This document shows positions 12,990 to 25,029 of a DNA stretch of 64,000 bases, in pieces. A model generated the notes under the pieces. It did not search any database, had not been told where the DNA came from, and saw only the letters and a list, made by a program, of their open reading frames with translations. The position numbers and the translations under genes were made by a program. This DNA is from Mobula birostris (lineage: Eukaryota), in NCBI RefSeq assembly GCF_030028105.1, contig NC_092374.1, positions 176,910,057 to 176,974,056 on the forward strand, given 5' to 3'. The stretch's first letter is position 1, and each line of letters starts with the position of its first letter.

Positions 12990-14240
12990 AACAGATTCAA
13001 AGTCCATTTAAGATCAAAGCATAAGTATACGTCCCTAAGATTTGTCTTCTCCACAGACAGCCATGAAACAAAGAAAACCAAGGAACCTGTTCAAAGAAAA
13101 ACATCAACCCCTCCTTCCATGCAGAAACAGAAAAATGAGAAAAACACAGAATATAAAACATAACATTGAAAGAGTTCAGGCATATTCAGTTCAACTCAAT
13201 TCATAATCTGCAGTCCACCCGATCAAAAACACCCAAAAATAGCAAACAAAGAGGAGCAACCAGAAACAAGCAATGCATCATAATATGAACCATATTACAA
13301 GGCAAGCAGAAGTACAAGTGATAAAACTAGAATATGCAAGGAAAGTGAAGTAAAGGAGAATGAGATCATTTCATACAGGGTGAAAGAAGTGCTGTTGGCT
13401 GGAAAGTATCAACTCAGCACTCTATGCTCAAGGGAGCAATGTTAAAGGATTGTTGTACCTTGGGGAGCTGCACAGACAGCAGAGAAGTTTTCTTTAAAAA
13501 ATAAATGCTTCATTTAATTTCACAGAATATAGTATACAGTATACAACCTGAAATTCTTACTCTTCACCAAGATCCATGAAACAAGAAAACCCCAAAGAAT
13601 GAATAACACAAGAATGCTAAAACCCCAAAGGCCCCCCACGCACATGCAGCAACAAAGCATCAACCCTCCCCCCTCCCTCTTGCCCCACTTGTTTCAGCAG
13701 GAAACATCAATGCCCACTACCTGCCAAGCAAGCAATGACAAGCCCCCAAAGTGAGACCATGATCTGCAGTCTAACAAGAACCATTGTTCACCCAACAATT
13801 CAACATGGAGCAGACTCTCTCTTTCTCACTAACAAGGGAGAGAGAGATGGCACCCTTTCCACAGGGAGAGGGGAGTCCAACAAACAGCTCGCTGTTACGA
13901 CATTACAATCTGCAGCATCGCTTTTATTCTAAGTTTCTCCGAGAGAGAGAGAATGCAGAAGCCTCTGACAGTTGCACCTGCTGTCACGATGTTCCATCAG
14001 TAGTTCTCCTGCGATGCCTCAGTTGCTGACACCAGCAAGGACTCGAGGCCACAGGGGCTCCTGGAAGCCTCACCCCGAAGCTGCAAGTCTTTCAAGCCTC
14101 TCCTGGAGATATCGAAAATGGCCGATTGGTGAGCTCCAGAAGCGAGATCCCACCGCCATAAAGAACCACCATTTGAGTGCAGCTGTAGATCACAGAATTC
14201 AACAAACCCCAACCACCATGAAAAGGTAAAAAGAGACATT
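12990..14240 (-). mobile_element. Rex1/Babar-type LINE 3' UTR remnants (at least two)
   Basis: Typical tails (caacagattcaaagtccattt; aatatagtatacagtatacaacctgaaattcttac) resembling the other Rex-like 3' ends in the window; no coding remnant. Confidence 0.4.
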
Positions 14241-14559
14241 AAAGATAAGAATTTAAGCTGTTTTGCAGCCCCTCCATATGTAATAGCAGAAGGAACTTTG
14301 TATTGGCTGCACTGCCAGCCCTGTACCCCATCATTAAGCCTACGCCTTAATTGTTAATTCACTTGCCCCATAGACTGTTATGTTGAAGCTAAAGTTCACT
14401 AGGATTGCAAAACAATTTCTCTCTACAGACTCCATTGATGCCCATCCCCAACAACATAACCAGGTTTGGTTTCTGCCTGGAACAAGGTCTCGGACTGACT
14501 GCATGAACAGAAGAATGGATAAGCCATTCATCCCATGAAGATGTGCTAATTCATACCAA

Positions 14560-14930
14560 ATGCCCTCCTCTGGTGTATCATCCATACCCTTCATATTGTG
14601 CCAACCTAAAAGTCCTTAAACCCCATCAAATTACTTGATTTATCTACTATCTCTAATAACCAAGCACCTACCACTCTCTGTAAAAAATTTCTCCCCCTAA
14701 CCTTGAAAGTATGCTCTCTAGCATTTGATATTGCTATCTTTGGGAATAGATTCTGACTGTTCAACCTATCTATTCCTCTCATAATTTTAAACACCTCAAT
14801 CAGTTCTCACCTCAGTCTTTGATGCTCTACGGTTAAAAAGAAAGTTTTATCCAACCTTTCCTTAAAGTTCATAGCCTCTAATCCAGGCAGTATCCTGCAG
14901 ACCTCTCATGTACTCTCTCCAGTCTCCACA
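14560..14930 (-). mobile_element. CR1 3' end fragment
   Basis: ORF 14606-14794 MFKIMRGIDRLNSQNLFP...FKVRG matches the CR1 C-terminus. Confidence 0.7.
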
Positions 14931-15604
14931 TCCTATTGCCTATAAACTCCCTGGGATCACTGGAAAATGTATTATCCCAAGCGTAACTTGTGAAAAAATA
15001 TGTTTAGGAGCTGATAGGAGTAATATCCAAAACTCTGGAATATTCGTTGGTCTGATACCACTGAAAACCTAAGGGTGCTGGATTATTGACTGTTTAATTA
15101 TAGAAGTCAAGAAAGTTGAACACACCCATTATTAGAATCATAGTTGCCATCTTAATTAAACTGAATGGGAAGTTTTTCTTACCTCTCCTCAGTTAAGACA
15201 AACCGCTTCGTCCTGGTTCTTGTTGTCTCTCCTCCTGAACCAGCCAGTTCCTCCTACACCCTTCACGGATGCCCCACCCACTGAAATCCTCCAGAGGTTT
15301 GTTTGTAACTTCACGTTCGAGCATCTGTAGCCTCCTGTATCGCCATTTCATTTTCCCTATTCAGAGAAGTGGCCTGTTGTACTTGTCTTGGGAGAATCTG
15401 GCCTGGAATTGGCAGCTAGAATTCCAGACTAAGAGTAATCCATTCTCCACACAGTGTCCTGTTGTCAGTGAGTGGAAGATTACATTACTTCCTCAGCCTG
15501 GGAATAGTCTATTTCCCGGTTAATTGTCTGGGAAATTTTGGAAGATTTGGGCAAATTTTATCTGGAGGATTGCTGAGACCACCCCCCCCCCCCCACGAGG
15601 ACAC

Positions 15605-16300
15605 GAGGATAGAGTCTGAGATTATAAGTTGAGTTCTGCAGAGGAAGGAGAAATTTACTCCAATGATCCCTTTTTCCCAGGGCTGAAATTCCTAGCATGG
15701 GAGGGCACAGTTTTAAGGTGTTGGAAGTAGGTACAGAGGAGATGCCAGGGCTAAGTTTTTTACGCAGAGTGGTGAGGGTGTGGAATGGATTGCTGGCGAC
15801 AGTGGTGGAGACAGATACAACAGGGTCTTTCAAGAGACTCGTGGACAGGTACACGGAGCTCAGAAAAATAGAGGCCTATGGGTAACGCTAGGTAATTTCT
15901 TAGGTAAGGACATGTTTGGCACAGCTTTGTGGGCCGAAGGGCCTGTATGGTGCTGTAGGGTTTATATGTTTCTATGATCTCAAATGAGAAAAAAGTTGAC
16001 ACAGAAGGTGCCAGAATGCGCACAGGGAATCTGGAACTTAAAGGTTCAGTTTCAAGGCGAGAGGAAAGGCAATGAAAGGAGATCCTCGGAGTAAGTGTTT
16101 TGTACGGAGATTGCTGAATATCTGGAATGAACAGCCAGAATGATGGAGGCAGATACAAGATTTCAAAAAACTTGGACAACACTTAAATAGGAAAGGCATA
16201 CAGGGGTAGTTGCCTAATGTAGGTAAATGGGATTGTTGTAGATAGGCACCATGGGTTGGTATGAATGAAATGGGCCAAAATCGCTCAATTCTGTACTCTA
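15605..16300 (+). mobile_element. Two tandem CR1 3' ends
   Basis: GGHSFKVL...FLRRVVRVWNGL; 3' stem-loop gggccgaagggcctgtatggtgctgta with tttctatg tail at about 15985; second, older tail to about 16300. Confidence 0.8.
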
Positions 16301-16479
16301 TGCTTCTTTGATTCTGTGATAATTGCATAATCAGGGATCATGACTAGTTGTTTGTTGACCGAAAATTAAATGTTAGACAGAAAATACAAGTAAATGAAAT
16401 AAACTTGGGACTATCACTCCAGGCCTTTGAATTCACCCAGCTTGGCCAGTGTTACAAATGCTCTGGGCTATATAGTGAT

Positions 16480-16800
16480 GCAGTAGTTACAACTGCTGCC
16501 TCACATCTCCAGAGACCAAAGTTCAGTCCTGACCTCCGGCACTGTCTGTGTGGATTTTTCATGTACTCCCTGTGACTGCACTTTGTCCCAGGAACTCTGG
16601 TTTCCTCACTACTCACAAAAACATGCAGTTGGTAGGTTAAAAGGGCGCTGTTTATTGCATGTAGGGCAGTGGGAGGTATGGAGAAATTTGACAGGAATAT
16701 AGGAAGATTAAAATGGGTTAAGAGTAGGATTAGTGTAAAGTAGGTGTCCAATGCTCATGGACGGTGTGGTGAGGGACCTGCTTCCATGCTGCCTCTTTCT
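16480..16800 (+). mobile_element. V-SINE (HE1-like)
   Basis: tRNA-like head (ctgcctcacatctccagagacc-aagttcagtcctgacctccggcactgtctgtgtgga), V domain and CR1-like tail. Confidence 0.7.
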
Positions 16801-17046
16801 AAGTGAGCAAAGAGAAAGTCTGGTTAAATGCCCATCCTGATTCATGAGTGCACAAACCAGAACTAACAGACATTACTGTTGTAATCACTGGGTTAAGAGC
16901 AAGTCTTTTCACCGAACTGCAGAGGGATTAAGGCATTTGCCTTTGGACTGGTCTACAGATAAGTCAAACGTTCTTGACTTTGAACTTGGGTTTCCTGTGT
17001 TTGTGGATATCAGGACCAAAGAAAATTACAAGGCCACTATTGACAA

Positions 17047-17102
17047 GGTGTAGTGTGACCACCCTCTCAGCCACGGTGTAGTGTGACCACCCTCTCAGCC
17101 AC
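17047..17102. repeat. Perfect 28-bp tandem duplication
   Basis: ggtgtagtgtgaccaccctctcagccac twice (17047-17074, 17075-17102). Confidence 0.95.
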
Positions 17103-18919
17103 TGTGTAGCTTTTGACCATCAAGAACACAATGTCTTTGGACTGATCATACTGGGATCATTTGAGCTCCCAGGACTGAAATCACCAATCAGACCTGCTTA
17201 CCCAGCACTAAGGCAATTTACTTTGTTGCCAACTTAGGATTTAAGAAATATTTGGTTTCACCAAGAGAATGCTGGAATGCACTACCTGAGAGAGTGGTGG
17301 AAAGAGAGCCATTGATAGCACTCAAGGAGAGTCTAGATACAGTATAGTGTGGAAGGTGGCATTAATACGGATGGGTGATCACTAATTGCTGTGGAAATGG
17401 TGGATTGAACAGTGTTTTTTCTGTGCTGTACAACTTGATCACTCAATTAACCAATACTTTGTTTGAAAGTCAGAATAAAACAGCATAGAAATTGGCCTTT
17501 CAGACTAAGTTCTCCACGCCGACTAAGGTGCCTATCTAAGCTTGTTCCATTTGCTTGCAATTGGCCTATATCCATTGGCTTTCATTTTCGTTATTCAAAG
17601 TTTCTCACTTAAAGCTATGCCCCCTAAGTGTTGCTTCCCTTGGGAATTTTTGAACTGAGCAGCAATGTGTTCAAATTAATGTCTGGGCCTGTGTTACAAT
17701 TTAAGCTCAGGGCCTCCATCCATCCAGATGTACATTTACCAAGGTCCCAATAGATCACCAGTGCACATTGGCAACTTATTGAAGAGCTGTGGAGGTGGGA
17801 ATGGGAGAGAAGAGGTAACCTATGGGGATGCGGCAGGGGGCAAACCAGCAATGATTATACTGAATGAGAGGGAAGGCTTAAGAGACTGAGTGGCCTACCC
17901 CGCTTCTATTTTTTGTATTATTGTGAAACTATGGAGGATCAAGGTTTATTTTTTGTGGACTACATGGTTAGGTTAAAACAAAGGACTGCCACTTTAGCAA
18001 CAGAGTCTCTGAACACATATTATTTCTATGCTCTTGCATTTCTAACCTCCCCTGTTAACCAAACATGGAGAACATGAGTGAGTTTTTCCTTTCCATGAGA
18101 TTTGTTTTGCCACTAAAAGACAATAGAAAGAACTGGTACGTTGATTTTTCATTTGTTCAACATTCTAAATTTTTATTTAGCGTGATACTGACATGGTGTC
18201 AAATAATTTTCCTTCTGATTTTACTTTACATCATCTTTAGAGTTCACAGTGAAGTAATATTTACTCAAGCACACAAAAGCAGTTTGAGTTGCATTTGGTA
18301 AATACATATCATCATACAGAGGTAGTCATACTGTACAGAAATCTACAAAGTACTATATCATTAATAAATTATGGACGATGTTACTCCAGTTCTCAAATGT
18401 TTCAATGCACCAAAACTCATCATCAATCCATAAATCAGCAACGTGTTTAAACCTCGCCTGTTGTATCATTATTTTGAAAGCTGTCCTGCGTTGACTGGGT
18501 CAGTTCCTTGATGAATTCATAAAAATCTGTCTCACCCTCCAGAGCTATTTAACCTTTTCATCTGGTGATTTGTTAGCAATGTAACATATTAAGAACAGTT
18601 TTCAGTGTAAATATGACTTAGACTTTAGCATTTTTTGTTGCTTCACTTTAGCACCTATACAGGTACTAGTATCCCAATAAAAGGCCAATGGTAACTTCCA
18701 ACATGGGCCATACTTGGGCTGTCAACTGATCTTGTCAATCGATTGTGGATTGCTTGAATACTTTTGCTACTTGATCTGGATATCCTTGAGGGAGGCTGGG
18801 CTATTTCAAGTCTGTTCCTTCATCACAAGACCACAAATATCGCCATGAAAAAACAATCAAATTACGATTCTGTCCTGCACTTTGCTGATTCTGATTAGGA
18901 AGTTATTGCAATGTATACA

Positions 18920-19127
18920 GGTGCCACGGTAGCAGAGCAGTGAGAGCAATGCTATTACAGCTCAGAGTATTCTGGAGTTTGGAGTTCAATTCTGGAGCTG
19001 ATCTGTAATGATCTCCGTGGAATGCGTGGGGTTAATTTGGTTGGACAGGGGTTGCAGGAACGGTGTGGCCCAAAGGGCCAAAAGAGCCTGTTCCATACTG
19101 TATCACTAAATAAATAAATAAATAAAT
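18920..19127 (+). mobile_element. Internally deleted tRNA-SINE with (TAAA)n tail
   Basis: Head gccacggtagcagagcagtgagagcaatgctattacagctc, B-box-like gagttcaattc, CR1-type 3' hairpin and taaa repeats. Confidence 0.7.
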
Positions 19128-19507
19128 ATCTGATGACATATTTTCTTTCTCTATCTTATATTTTCAATCAGTTCATTGATTCAATTTCTGCATACTGTTA
19201 AATACAATTATCTTTCTCATGAGCTCTGAAAAAAATTATCCAGTAAAAGAAAACCTAGATTGTGTGTCCACTTTCTGTACGTATTGACAGTGTTTATTCA
19301 CTATAACATACACATTTTTCCCAAACAACTGTTCCTGTTTCACTTCTAGAAACTAAACAGACTTCCAGCCATTAATAACACTGGACTAAGATTTATCATT
19401 CATCAATTTCACTTTCTGACAAAGGGCTTTCTTCTAATACCCAAGAAGCATCAAGTTTGCTTTACACTATTTTATTGTGATGAAAGAAGAGTTATCCCTT
19501 TATATCC

Positions 19508-20413
19508 TGTGACGAGAATACACATAAATTAAGGTGTTAGCTGGCCTGGGCTGGCACCAGTGGGATCAACAGTTGGTCTGCCACCTATCTTCAGGAGAAA
19601 GAGAGATAAGGAAAACAATGGAGCAGCATTCGGAGATGTTAATGAAGGGACGGGAGAGAGTAACGAAAGGAGAGCTGTCAAGATCGGCTCCCCCTTTGAA
19701 CCCTGAACTGTTTGAAGTGATGGACAGGCGATACCCCAACAGGGGGATAAAAAGGGACAGGTTCGCTAAGGCAACACACACTCGACACCCCGAGGTAACG
19801 AGACCCTGGAAGCGCTGCGTCTCCCACAAGTAGGTGGGAAGTTTTGGACGGCTGGTTGCGGGATCAAGCCAGAGACGCACAGGGTGGAAAGGCACGATCG
19901 GTGGGAACCTGGTGTGTGTCCACCCTTGCCTGGGTGCCAGGTTCACCGCAGAGAAACGATCGTATCTGGAAACGGAGGGGTCACGGTCGGTGACCTCAGA
20001 TGACATCACAAGGGGCTCGCACGAAAGCTGACTGTGAAGAATATCGAAGGTCTGTGTGTGGAAGCTGTTTGAATATTCATTTGTTTTGCTCTCTCTCTCT
20101 CCTTCCCGCCTCCAGTCCATCTCCCACGGCAGCGATTACTGCGAACTGAACTGAACTAAATTGAACTGAACTTTGCGTCATTTTGAAACTGGTCATTTAC
20201 CCCTAGACGACGATAGAGCTTGATTGATCCTGTTATCTTAATTCTGTGTACATGTGTGTTTATCATTGCTGAACTGTTGCATTTATTATCCTTTTGATTA
20301 GAGTACTGTGTTGCTTGTTTCTTTAATAAAACTTTCTTAGTTCTAGTAATCCAGACTCCAACTGAGTGATCCATTTCTGCTGGTTTGGCAACCCAGTTAC
20401 GGGGTACGTAACA
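19508..20413 (+). mobile_element. Solo LTR (906 bp) with 4-bp TSD ATCC
   Basis: TGTGAC...GTAACA termini; ATCC at 19504-19507 and 20414-20417; TATA-like GATAAAAAG at 19746; AATAAA at 20325; CpG retained. Confidence 0.92.
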
Positions 20414-20439
20414 ATCCCATATAAATTTTCCCTTACCAC

Positions 20440-20710
20440 ATCTATTTATTTAGAGATACAGTTTCTGGCCCAACGACCTGTGCGACCAAACAACCCATCT
20501 ATTTAACTCTAGCCAAATTACAGGACAATTTACAATGACCAATTAACCTTTTAATTGGTCTGTCTGGATTGTGGGAGGAAACCGAAGCACCCACAGGAAA
20601 CCACACGGTCACGAGGAGAACGTAAAAATTCCTTACAGACGAGAACTCCAATATCTGAAGCCCGGAGTTGTAATAGCACCATGCTTAAAGCTAAGTAACC
20701 ATGGCTCCCA
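20440..20710 (-). mobile_element. SINE (V-domain)
   Basis: caggacaatttacaatgaccaattaacc...tgtgggaggaaaccgaagcacccacaggaaacc-cacggtcacgaggagaacgt. Confidence 0.75.
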
Positions 20711-21184
20711 ATGCAGTTACATATGTCACATTTTTAATCCATTCTAATTTCAGAATGATTCCTGGACTTGGCTCTTTCACATGAGAGGTGGTATCTGCCT
20801 GCAGTGAATGTTTCAGGTAAAGCTTTTAGGCCATATTGTAACATCAGAAACTCTCAACGTCTGAACTAAGGTCTAAAATTTTCAATGCTCATGTTACAAG
20901 CATGAAGCTTTCAGTGATCCTGCCAAATCGCTATTCATGTGGTCTTGAAGCAGAATGAAGTTTTTCACTGTATCTTGATGCATGTGACAGTAATAAATAA
21001 TAAAGTAAAAATAAATTTCAATTAAATAATAAATTGCCTTTGTTTTTAAAAAGATTGTAGTACAGTACATTAAATCCATTACGTTATTTAATAAAATGAA
21101 ACCTGTTATGATATATATTCACTTGTAAATATTAGATTTTGTTCAGTTACAAAATACACGTGGACTAAGATGTTAACTGTCCTG

Positions 21185-21575
21185 TGCTATCACCAGTGGG
21201 ATCATCAGTTGATTTGCCACCTGTCTTCAGGAGTCTCGGCCCTCTTATGATCAAGACTCCCTCGAGGTGGTGGGCCAGCAGTGCTAAAGCACCACCTCCC
21301 ACTGGTGAGCTTAAAAGCTTGGCATCTGCCTGTATCAGAGTTGTTGGTCGCTTCCATCCAACAGATACTCTACTCTTCAGGTGTCTATGCAACTACTGAA
21401 GGGTTTGCAAGGTATGTATACAATGTCTGACTATCTGCCCCTCTGGACATACTTGGTCCACACCCATGCTGATCCTTTCTCTGCTGCCTCAGCTACAGCC
21501 CTGCTGGTTGACTTGATCTCTCTTCTAGTGAAGCCAAGGTCACGCAGCCACTTCTGGAGAGTGAACGCATATTTA
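21185..21575 (-). mobile_element. HERO-like (restriction-like endonuclease clade) non-LTR element 3' end
   Basis: Minus strand reads AFTLQKWLRDLGFTRREIKSTSRAVAEAAEKGSAWVWTKYVQRGR*, like HERO C-termini (A.E.AS.WLW); 3' UTR with a GGAGTCT/AGACTCC stem and a ctgatga-loop hairpin. Confidence 0.6.
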
Positions 21576-22261
21576 CCATCAAAACAAAGAACTGTTTGTG
21601 CAATGACAATAATTATTAATGAAGAAACTTCACAAGCTGGTTATAGACTGTGACAGATCACTTGGATGCACAACGTCCTCTGCCCATCTGTGAACACCTA
21701 GCTGACCCTAACAGTACTGTAGCCACAACACCACACAGTACATTTCCAAGTGAAGAGGAACTAATAGGTTCCCTTTAAGCTACCTACACAGACCTTCTGG
21801 TTCCTGAACAGTCTAAGTTAATTCTGCAGTAAACAGAAATAATAATGTCACACAGCAATAAGAAAAATCACTAATATAGAAATATCCTGGAGGATACCAT
21901 GCAGACTGTGAAGAATCTCAGAATAATGTCCAATACTGGGAGCATCCAGACAGAGAATCTGTCATTGGGAAAGGTCCAGGGATGGAGCCTAACATTGGGA
22001 GAAGCTGAGGGAGAAGCCCAACTTTGGGGGAAGAATGATGAGAAAGCCTGACATGGGGGTTTCTGGGGTCACAGCCTGACATTTTGGAGAATTCACGGCA
22101 TGTGGGGAGAGCCTGGAACAGAACCTGACACTGAGGGGAATCCAGGACACAGCCAACAGCCTAATATTGGGGAAAGTCTGATGACAGAGACCAACACTGG
22201 GGTGAACCTAGGTCTGACCCCAATGCTGCTGGATGTAACACTTTGCCAGGCTGAGAAAGTT

Positions 22262-22297
22262 AGTCCTGACGAAGGGTCTCAGCCCAAAACATTGACT
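22262..22297 (+). ncRNA. Degenerate hammerhead motif in PLE pLTR tail (tail about 22250-22345)
   Basis: agtc-CTGACGA-agggtctcagccc-AAAAC-ATT-gact; G12 lost. Confidence 0.6.
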
Positions 22298-22539
22298 GTA
22301 CCTCTTCCTATAGATGCTGCCTGGCCTGCTGCGTTCACCAGCAATTTTTTGTGTGGTGCTTAACATCCCATGTGTTTGTTATTTGTGGATCGAAGGTCAT
22401 CAGCCAAGTGTTCATAACTCCACAATGCATGTTTTCAGATGCTCTAGCGGCCTCCACACAGCACTTCACTGTCCCCAGTAGTGCTTTCTGATAGTTACCA
22501 ACACCGTAAGATTATTACTCTTGTTTCTACAATTCAGAG

Positions 22540-23392
22540 TTTGTCAAGGGAAATGAGGCTGAGTACAGGGCTACAGTAGGAAACTTTGTCACATGGTGTG
22601 AGCAGAATTATCTGCAGCTTAATGTGAAAAAGACTAAGGAGCTGGTGGTAGACCTGAGGAGAGCTAAGGTACCGGTGACTCCTGTTTCCATCCAGGGGGT
22701 CAGTGTGGACATGGTGGAGGATTACAAATACCTGGGGATACGAATTGACAATAAACTGGACTGGTCAAAGAATACTGAGGCTGTCTACAAGAAGGGTCAG
22801 AGCCATCTTTGTTTCCCGAGGAGACTGAGGTCCCTCAACATCTGCCGGACAATGCTGAGGATGTTCTACGGGTCTGTGGTGGCCAGTGCTATCATGTTTG
22901 CTGTTGTGTGCTGGGGCAGCAGGCTGAGGGTAGCAGACACCAACAGAATCAACAAACTCATTCGTAAGGTCAGTGATGTTGTGGGGATGGAACTAGACTC
23001 TCTCGCGGTGGAGTCTGAAAAGAGGATGCTGTCTAAGTTGCATGCCATCTTGGTCAATGTCTCCCATCCACCACATAATGTACTGGGTGGGCACAGGATT
23101 ACATTCAGCCAGAGACTCATTCCACCGAGATGCAGCACAGAGTGTCATAGGAAGTCATTCCTGCCTGTGGCCATCAAACTTTACAACTCCTCCCTTGGAG
23201 GGTCAGACACCCTGAGCCAAGAGGCTGGTCCTGGACTTATTTCATAATTTACTGGCATAATTTACATATTACTATTTAACTATTTTTGGTTCTATTACTA
23301 TTTATTATTTATGATGCAACAGTAATGAAAACCAATTTCTCCCGGGATCAATAAAGCATGACTATGACTATGACTATGACTATGACTATGAC
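22540..23392 (+). mobile_element. 5'-truncated Rex1/Babar LINE with (ATGACT)n tail
   Basis: ORF 22624-23247 KTKELVVDLRR...YKYLGIRIDNKLDWSKN...RKSFLPVAIKLYN; AATAAA then 6-mer tail. Confidence 0.9.
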
Positions 23393-24451
23393 AATGTGAT
23401 ACCAAGACTCTCCAGCTGTTTTGAAGTGTTGGGATCAATGTCACAGCTTCTCTGTATATCTGATATGGAACATGCAAGGGACAATCAATTCTAACATGCA
23501 GTTAAGTCCCATGTTAGAATGGGACTTTTAGGGAAGGGAATGCTGGCTACCCAGCTGTAAGGGAGTAAACAAAACAGCAGAAACAACCATAACAACCAAC
23601 ATACACTGCGAACACTATGGGAGGGAGGGAGAGACAGGGAGAAACCAAAAATAGTAACCAAGATGACAGAAAGCAAGAAGTTCCCTCTGCACTGATTATT
23701 TCCATGTAGTGTTTTAGTTATCTGTGCATCTGTGTCTTGCTTTGTTTGTCTATTTAAGTTCCCTTGTTTTGTTCATCTTTGCTCAGTCTGGAGTTTACCT
23801 ACCCCTTGAGAAGTGATTCTCGAGTCCTAGCCTGTGTTCTCTGCTAATCAACCCTCAAATGTAGATCCTTTGTTCAATTCCATCCTCAGCTCTGGTCTCC
23901 TCTGCACTTGGGTCCACCTAATCTAAGTTTCTTCTGGTCGTTCACTGACTAAAGGTACAGAACATCATAACAACCCTGGTTCAAACCCAGCCTGACAACC
24001 ACTCCTGTTATATTATTGAAGTGGCCTTCAGAATGTTGTAGCAGAAACTGTTGACAAGATCTACTGCAGCTCCATTCTATTGGTGCTACAGGAGTGATAG
24101 ACGGCAGATATGACACTGATCAAATGGGCAGGATAGTGCTAAGGTTTTGTAATGGTGCAGTAATTGTGTTGTTATTGTTGAGTTCAAAATTTTCACCTAT
24201 ACACTTGATATCATTCTAGGCATTGGAAATGCTAGGAGGCTGTAGATACCATTCTATACAGGACTGTGCTATATGACTACAGCCAAGGTACTGATGGTGA
24301 AGGATTCAACAATAATAAAGTGTTCAATGTCAAAGAGAGGTGGCTCATTTCTCCCTTGTTGGAAATAATAACTGTCCATCCTTGTGAGATGTCAGCCTGA
24401 AACTGGAATTTGTCATATTAGTACCTGAGTAAATGTGGATGAAGAGAAGCT

Positions 24452-24820
24452 TAGAACATAGAACAGTAAAACACAGGAACAGACCCCTCAGTTCATAATA
24501 TTGTGCCAAACTAATTACTAGGAATTAAATGTACAACTAAATTAATCCTTTCTACCTACACCATGCTCATATACATCTATCTCCTGTACATTCATGTGTC
24601 TATCGAAAAGTCCTTTGAATGTCGTATTTCCCCTCCTTCACCACCCTCGGCAATGCACTGCAGGCGCCCACTACTCTCTGTGTAAGAATACTTGCTCCAC
24701 ACATCTCCTTTCAACTTACTCCCTCTCACCTTAAATGTATGCCTTCCTTGACTAGACATGTCAACCTTGGAAAAAGGATACTAGTTGGCTACTCTTTCTC
24801 TATTCCTCTTAAAACCTTAA
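24452..24820 (-). mobile_element. CR1 3' end
   Basis: ttagaacatagaacagt tail and reverse CR1 3' UTR/RT end. Confidence 0.7.
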
Positions 24821-25029
24821 CCTTACATATATTAGATAATATTGTTAAGATAACACTGGTTCTCATTTGTGACTTGCTGTGGGCTGCAGAATATTGTTCC
24901 AAAATTCCTCTTAAATATACTTCTGAATTATTTTCACTGCAATCTGCAGTATAACTTTTCTCTTAACAATGGACTTTTAAATCGCCTTACTGAAGAATCC
25001 GAACTAGTTAGGCATGGCACTTTTAAGTC

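Noticed and set aside
15180-15340. Minus-strand exon ending at a strong GAG|GTAAGA donor
   Set aside because: All frames contain stops, and half of the segment is an old PLE tail.
17930-18550. Terminal exon of a minus-strand gene (LEGETDFYEF...GEV*, AATAAA near 17950)
   Set aside because: The acceptor is purine-rich with no pyrimidine tract, there is an in-frame stop just upstream, and no partner exons were found.
19566-20120. 184-aa minus-strand ORF
   Set aside because: Lies wholly inside the solo LTR and has no recognisable domain.
20753-20820. Micro-exon bounded by TTTCAG and CAG|GTAAAG
   Set aside because: Stops in all three frames and no supporting context.
21195-21250. CTGATGA plus GAGAC in the HERO-like 3' UTR as a permuted hammerhead
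   Set aside because: GAAA is absent, there is no valid NUH triplet or helix I, and CTGA sits in the loop of a simple hairpin.
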